From the NCBI GenBank assembly GCA_039096225.1, contig JBBPEB010000018.1:186001-250000 (forward strand): DNA of 64,000 bases, read 5' to 3'. Positions 50,579-64,000 of the stretch are shown here, piece after piece. Source of the stretch: Blastocystis sp. Blastoise. Lineage: Eukaryota > Protista > Bigyra: Opalinata. Position 1 is the first letter of the stretch. Each line of letters starts with the position of its first letter. Below the pieces are notes generated by a model. The model worked only from the letters and a program-made list of their open reading frames with translations, searched no databases and had not been told where the DNA came from. Position numbers and translations under genes: made by a program.

Positions 50579-51357
50579 TTGAATAATTGAGGAATTAATC
50601 AACAAATATAATGAATAGAACTAACAAGAGAAAAAAAGGTAATCAAGACACTTTTTCCTTGTTGAAAAGAATTCCCTTGTTTATTTGATTATTTCTGCGG
50701 AAATGATGATATTTTTTGCGATTAAGGAGTCAATAGGGAATGAGTATTCTCTGTTAAACAAGAGAATTGACGGGAATCTTTGAGCATTAGCCTTTTTTGT
50801 TCTTTTTATTTATGGGAAATTCTTGTTTGTGTTATTTTTTTTATTCAATTAATTTGAATGAAATTATAAGATTTCTGTCAAGGGAATATGTGAAAAGAAG
50901 TAGATTTAATTGACTTAGGACGCTGTAAATTGTAAAAGTTGACTCAAGACAGTAAATTAGGCTTAGAGACGAGGGTTTGGTAGGAGTTAGATCGTGCTAA
51001 GTCAATTTTTGTGATTTAAAGCTTCATAAGTCAATTGTGTATAGTTTATGTCCACTACTTTCTAAATTATTTTTGATATAAAAAAAGATTAGCCAAATAT
51101 TTAGCAAGAATTCATTTTTTTTATGAAACACGTTACAGTATTATTATTCATAAGTTAATGTGCAACAAAAAAACATAAAATATATGAAAACAAATAGTAT
51201 ATACACAAAAACAAATAAATAATAAAAAGAGCTTCATTGTTATTGATAAAATTATAAAATTATGAAAAAAGACAATGGAGTCTATAAGTAGAAAATAATG
51301 ATAGACCATAAAAATATAGTGAAGAGACGATTCGAAATGAATGATAAAACAATATTT

Positions 51358-51358
<1 letters not shown>

Positions 51359-51419
<61 letters not shown>
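51359..51419. repeat. (AT)n tract immediately downstream of the NMD3 stop
   Basis: Directly visible. Confidence 0.9.
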
Positions 51420-51422
<3 letters not shown>

Positions 51423-51435
51423 TAGAATAATATGT

Positions 51436-53897
51436 TTAGTGAACGATAGTAATATTGTTATTTGTATTCATATCTATATCATCATCTTCATTATTATTTT
51501 CATTATCTTCATTCATATCAACTTCATCCTCAGGAGGGATATCACTAATAGTCATATTATCTAATAATTCTTCAAGTGGAATAACAGGAGCATCTTCTTC
51601 TACTTCATCATTAATTTGAATAGGCTTATCACTCTTCTTATATACATTAATTTGACTACGTAAATCTTTATCTTCTTCAAGATCACGTAAGAACATTTCA
51701 TAATCAACTTCAGCACGTGATTTATCCTTCTTCTTACGAGCAGCAAGGGTATCACTTTCTTCCTTTATATATAATAATTATTATTTTATGTTTATTATTA
51801 TAATTATTTTTTATGATTATAATTATGATTATAATTATTTATTATGATTATAATTATTATTATAATTATTTATTATGATTATAATTATTATTATAATTAT
51901 TTATTATGATTAAATATATATACAATTTGAAGTTTTTGAAGTTCCCAATTACGTTCGACATGTGATTTACGATACAAAGGATAAGACTTACGTACTAATA
52001 CACAATAAGGTATATCTTTAGACTATATATATATAGAAACAATAATATAGAAATATGATTTCTTTTATTTTTATTAAAAAAATATATAAAAAAATATTAA
52101 AAAAGAATTTAAAAATTAATAATAAAAAAAAATTTAAAAATTAATAATAAATAAATCTTTGATTCTTATAATAATAAATAGATACTTCGAGTGACTTGGC
52201 ATCATCATCATTATAGATAGCAACAGTTAAATCATAACCTAATACAGTATCTCCAGCTTTTAATATATACCCTAAATGTGTCTTTACAGTGAATTGAATA
52301 TCATTAATACCAATATCACGACTTCTAGCTACCGTTACATCGGCTAACGCATACTTACGTTTGATTGGATGATTGTCTTCAGGTTCAACAAGATCAATAT
52401 CAATCACTGTATACTCAGTAAGCATACGATTATTTAATAAAGAACGGAAAGGATTAGCTTGGAATCGTTCTACAGATAATTGTTTAACAGTACAAGTAGT
52501 AGGATCAATGAGACCAATACAATTATTCACCTTATAACATAAACATAAAGGATTCATACCGAGTTCTTGAGCGGTCTTCTTGGGGAGGGCACATAAGTCA
52601 TCCTTACAAATAGGTAAGATATTCACCATATAACAATACTTATAGGTAGTCACATTGGAACTAAAATCTTGAGACAATAACTGACGAGCTTCAGTGAAAC
52701 TATATATATAGATTATAGAATCATGAACATGAAATAATAATAATAATAAAATAAACTATAAATAATAATAATAATAATAATAAAATAAACAAATTTAAAT
52801 ACGTCATGGGAACAACTTCTTTTAAGAAGTTTAAGAAAGTTCGTGCGTCACTTCGTTCAGCGAATGAGAAATCAAGACCATCGGGTTGTTGTTCAATACG
52901 AGAAGCTTTACGATGTATATTATTCTTTAATATTAACTGTTCTAAGAAATAAAAAGTACGTTTATGTTCAACCTATAATAATAAATACATATATATATAA
53001 TTATTTACATATATTCTCTTCAAGAAATAAATAATTAATATATTAAAAATATATTCTCTACAACAACAACAAAAAAATATATAAAAAATAGTATAATAAT
53101 AAATAATAAAATATTTACTTTTTGTCTAATTTGTACAACAGCTTTAACTTTATGTTCAATAACTTCCATAATACAATCTTCACAAGTCTTATTTTGAAGA
53201 ATAAAAACAACAATAAATGATTGTTGAAGAATCACTTTAAAGACCTAATAAAGAATAATATATAGAATCAATATAATAATAACTATAACAATAATAATAA
53301 TAACTATAATAAACATATAAAAAATAGTACATAGAGTATATACTTCTTTTTGAATAGTGATTTTAATCTTGATTCTTCTAGAGTGAGGTTCTGTCCATAC
53401 AAATTCAGCATCAATCAATTTAACAAACTTAAGACCTTTCATCTTCTTTAAACATAAAGCCATCAGTTCTTTAGAATCTCTTGCTGCAGTAGTCCACGGA
53501 GGACGATAATATCTAAATAAAAATTACAATTATATATATATTAAAAAGACCCTAAAAAAAGATTATATATAAAAAAGTATATAATTTAAGCAATAATAAA
53601 TATAGATAGTCTACTAAGAAACCTACGATAGAATCATAAAAAAATTACCTTTCACAACCACGACATTGTTGCATAATTACTTGTCTCGAAATACCCTCAG
53701 TAATATCGACCTTAGCTCTAATACAGTTCACACACATATTAGCTGCATTAGGAGTGATGGGTGTTGAACAAACACAACAGAGAGTAAATTAGATTAATGA
53801 AACAAATTGTTTTAGAATTATCAAAAAATTAATATTTATTACATATATATATTATTAAAGGATATATATTATCAACTTGATTATTAATATTTTCCAT
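51436..53897 (-). CDS. NMD3: 60S ribosomal export adaptor NMD3, 8 exons; first intron is U12-type
   Basis: ILCCVCSTPITPNAANMCVNCIR..VDITEGI, ELMALCLKK, DAEFVWTEPHSRRIK, KTHLGYILKAGDTVLGYDL, FLRDLEEDKDLR, LEELLDNMTI (NES-like). Confidence 0.96.
53784..53865 (-). other. U12-type (minor spliceosome) AT-AC intron in NMD3
   Basis: 5' ATATCCTTT; branch-like TTCATTAAT just upstream of the AC 3' end; splicing restores MENINNQVDNI|LCC. Confidence 0.9.
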
Positions 53898-54997
53898 TGG
53901 TAAGTATTCAATTAATAAAAAATGAGTAAAGCACAAACACCAAACAAATTTATAAAAATGAAATATTTCTTGAAAACCATGAAAATTAGGATCATTGTCC
54001 CCTCTTTATACATATTTCCCCATGGGTGTCGCCAATGATCTATTTACCTCAATTTTTCCAAAAAAAGTTAAAAAAGAAAAAGCAGATTTCTAGTTCCATT
54101 GCCGTTTTCATTTTCATTTGTTTTCATCAATTTATGTTGTGTCTGCATTTGATATTAACTTTAGAGTATCTAGATTGATTATATATATGATATGTTCTAT
54201 ATATTAAAAAGAACATTTAAACAATTGGAAATTTATATATGAATATATTCAAATAAGTTTTGAAATCATTATGATTTGTCATTATTAAATCCGAGATACT
54301 ATACTTTTATGAAATAATAATTAATTTGATTTCATTTTATGTGTTTTAATAACAAATAATTCTTCATTTTCCCTACGATTTATATTTGAATATATTTGAG
54401 TAACTATTTTCATGAAATCTAGTTAGTTTAGATTCATTTATTTCTTAAAATGAATAATAATTATAGTTTTTTTTCATTTTCTTTTTGTAAGACAGTATTA
54501 TGTTGTCTATTCCTGAAGTCATACCCCTTCTAATTATTATTTAATATGAATAGTTGAATAACAATACAGAATTATGTCATACAGTAGATTAATCGTCGGA
54601 TATTCTGTAATAGTTCTATCTACCATTCGGTGTTCTCCTCTAATGTAGAGATAAATATAGATATACTCGAGGATATTGATGTTTGTTCACAATTGAAGTT
54701 TTCGAACTTGTTTTTCTTTTGGAGAAAGTTCTAAACTGAATACGATTTAATCTAACAAATAATAACAAAAAGATAATTTATATACCCAATCAAGTTCTAC
54801 GAGATCTTCGTGAAATGAGGTTGCATTATAAAACGAAGAAAAGAAATGACACATTTTTTGTTTGTATTGGTTTTTTGGTAGACGAAGCATGAGTAAGAGT
54901 TTATAATCTTGGTTTTTATATTATTCGCATTGCAAATGAAGAATAATTGGAAAAAGTAATTAGAATTTACTTTACGGTAAATTATAGTATCAGTTAA

Positions 54998-55955
54998 ATG
55001 GATTTCTCTTTTCAAGACTACACTGACAAAGCTCGTGTAAAAGAGCTATACAATCAAGGTAGAATGACCCGTTTAAATGAGTTTGTAAGCAAATGGTCTC
55101 AGGTGGTTCCACCAAGATTTAGAGTTTATGAAGCTGATGAACTATACATGTATGTGTCTTTTTATTATATATTTTTCTAATATTTGTTTTTTAATTGTCT
55201 TATATGTTTAGATATCCTGTGCCAATTATTACAAATGATGATATTCAAACAACTTGGAAAATAAGACCCAAACCATTTAACTTAGCTACAGATGCGTAAA
55301 TATATATATAATTATTATATGTCGTCTATATATTATTTTAAAATTAATTTTTAGTATATATATGTAATATAGATTTCAGAAGGATTGTAATTTAATGAGT
55401 AATATACCATTAGGTAAAGATTATAGAACTCATCCTATGACGAAACGTTTATATAAATTACGAGAATTACTCAAAGAAGTATCTACGACATATCATATAG
55501 ATTGGATAGGAATATACAGAATAATGTGTGGCGTCGAATCTACTGATACTGTCTTAGTTAAAGAAGTATATAGAAATATATATGTTTTTAATATTAAGTT
55601 TGTTTTCTAGTTATTCTCTTTTAGTTTTATACATTTTTTTTTTTTTGCATATTATAATAATTATTTAATTATCTTACTTATTATATTTGTTATTCTTTCT
55701 AATAATCAATTGAATCAACAGATCCTTAATACTCTCTCTAAATTATATATTTTATAGGTATATAAAGGAGAAATGACACGACCTACGTTTCCTTTAGACG
55801 ACTCTTGGGTTAATAAGAGCTCAGTCACTTGTGCAGGACTCACAGGAAATGTTATTTATATTCAAAACCTACAAATACAAGATAGTCAACATGTATTTAA
55901 TATTTTATTTTATTTTATTTTATGTTATTTTTTTTATAATTATTATTTTATATAT

Positions 55956-56006
<51 letters not shown>

Positions 56007-56577
56007 TATACTTATTTATTTATTTATTAATTTATTTATTTATTTATTTATTTATTATATTTATATACTTATTTATTTATTTATTATATTTATATACTTA
56101 TTTATTCTTTCATTGTCTATATAATTATATACTATATTTAGTATGTTATTCCTAGTACAGAAAATTGTGAGAGTTCTTTAACATTACCTATCTTTGGAAT
56201 ATCCTTATATATCTATATATATTCTTATTTTTTATTTTCAATAATACTATTGACTTATATTGACCAAATACATTTATTATTATTATATATATATATATAA
56301 TATCTTTAATATTTATACTCTGACGGATTTAGTATTATTGGCGTTTTAGATACATGCTCCTATCAACAAAATGCATTCAATGATGAATTAATCATTCAAT
56401 TATCAAAAGTATATATATATATATAGAACTACAAATCTTATTGTTTTATTGTCTATAAATTAATAATTAAATAACCTTAGCATTTCTCTATTATCTATTT
56501 TAAACTATTACTATTATTATACATAGATAGCTTACGATTTATCCAAACAGAATCTTTGGATGCCTCTCTATAATTAA
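54998..56577 (+). CDS. GAF-domain protein of the fRMsr/MsrC-related bacterial-type family, 7 exons
   Basis: YPVP...PFNL; IDWIGIYR; LVKEVYKGEMTRPTFPL; GLTGNVIYI; LPIFG|SDGFSIIGVLD...AFNDE. Confidence 0.75.
56199..56318 (+). other. U12-type AT-AC intron in the GAF gene
   Basis: 5' ATATCCTTAT; branch-like TCTTTAAT; 3' ..TTATAC; phase-0 splice gives LPIFG|SDGFSIIGVLD. Confidence 0.88.
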
Positions 56578-57530
56578 GTCTTTTAATTGTTTATTTTATG
56601 ATTTATTATATTATATATATATCTAGTATTCGCTATTTTTATCATTTTACCTTTAGTCAGTATAATATACATATGTAGTTCTTTATAAACATATAAATAT
56701 ATATATGTATATTTCATTTATATGAATACATTGATCTTTTATTAAATCATTATTTTTATTCTTTCTCTTCAGAAATAATACCTTTCATTCCATACATTTC
56801 TCTATACCTCAAGTTTCTCTCCATTTCATTCTTCTTCTCTGCTGTTATTTAACTATTCTTCTAGCTATAGATTACGTATTTTTAGTGTGGTATTTATTTG
56901 AAATAAAATAAAACAACTGGTATATAAATTAAAAAAAAAAAAAATTTACAAAAAATATTAGATTATTTCTTGACAATTTTTTTATAAACAAAAAAAAACA
57001 GATTCTTTTTTTTTATTTCTTTTTTATAAAAATTTATTTTTTATTCATAATAAAATATCGATTGTGTATTTTATAATACTTTATATTTATAACTCCAAGA
57101 ATTAATAAAAAAAACAAGGACAAAAACGTGAATGAGCTCATTGACTTATTTTCATGTTAATCTCTATTGAGTCACTTTTTTCGGTACATATCATTAATAT
57201 ACAGATCTTCTATTTAAAATAGTATCTACAAAGTCACCTGTTTTTCTATTTAAAAGAAACATTCTAGAACATGAAAAAAAGAATAATTCGCTTTCTATGT
57301 ACCAATAAAAAATGTTATATAATTTCTTGGAAATTTCTTGGTCACCATCTATTGGTAGGTTGTTCCAAAAAGAAAAAATAAACAAATAAATAATGTTTCA
57401 AACAAATAAACCATTAGTCTTCCATATCTTTTGTTACTGGCTTTATAGCTGTTTCATGTTCTGTTATTATCATTCATTTATCCATCATATATTTCATAAA
57501 TATTTCATTTACATTAAAATATAAGGAATT

Positions 57531-63784
<6,254 letters not shown>

Positions 63785-64000
63785 TCATTATTTATATTCT
63801 TATTTTAATAAAAATATCTTACGATTGTATCTATTTTTTAACTTATTTGTTATGGTGTTGTTTACTATTTTTTTTTTATCGAGTAGCTATATTGTTCATA
63901 AAATACATTTATTTAAATAAAAATACCTTATAAATTGTTTTATCGAAATCATAAATTATGCTTATAATAAATCATGCTCATTTTTTGCTACATGTTTTCA

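Noticed and set aside
50968-50985. Telomerase RNA template (minus strand CCAAACCCTC)
   Set aside because: Does not give 1.5 copies of a plausible telomere repeat; no supporting elements recognised.

Overview
Very AT-rich, gene-dense, intron-rich eukaryotic nuclear DNA. It resembles a protist. A complex I subunit, U12 introns and bacterial-type genes are consistent with an AT-rich Blastocystis/Opalinata-like gut stramenopile, but that is inference only. By splicing exons by hand I reconstructed 21 protein-coding genes: partial Mpv17/PMP22, delta-COP, a 100-aa orphan, NUFIP1/Rsa1, p31comet-like, a coiled-coil orphan, an intronless bacterial-type YedF/DsrE protein, Rpt1, a Cys4 zinc-ribbon protein, two Mei2-like RRM proteins, NUDT14, FANCI, Ubc7/UBE2G, RagA/Gtr1, Sua5, Aquarius, NDUFB7, NMD3, a GAF protein and an ABCC transporter. 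Most ORF-track entries are artefacts of intronic microsatellites. Five signals stand out. (1) GC-rich palindromic DNA words (CCGCGG / TTCCCRYGGGAA and CACGTG) are written into exons in different reading frames using otherwise disfavoured codons, and related words occur in promoters. (2) Introns have self-complementary (UA)n ends, and six consist only of GT(AT)nAG. (3) Two introns are AT-AC U12-type, one in a bacterial-type GAF gene. (4) Three junctions appear to need CT-AG or GT-AA boundaries. (5) One gene is a probable horizontally acquired selenium/sulfur-relay DsrE. No rRNA, tRNA or CRISPR was recognised. All counts are manual.
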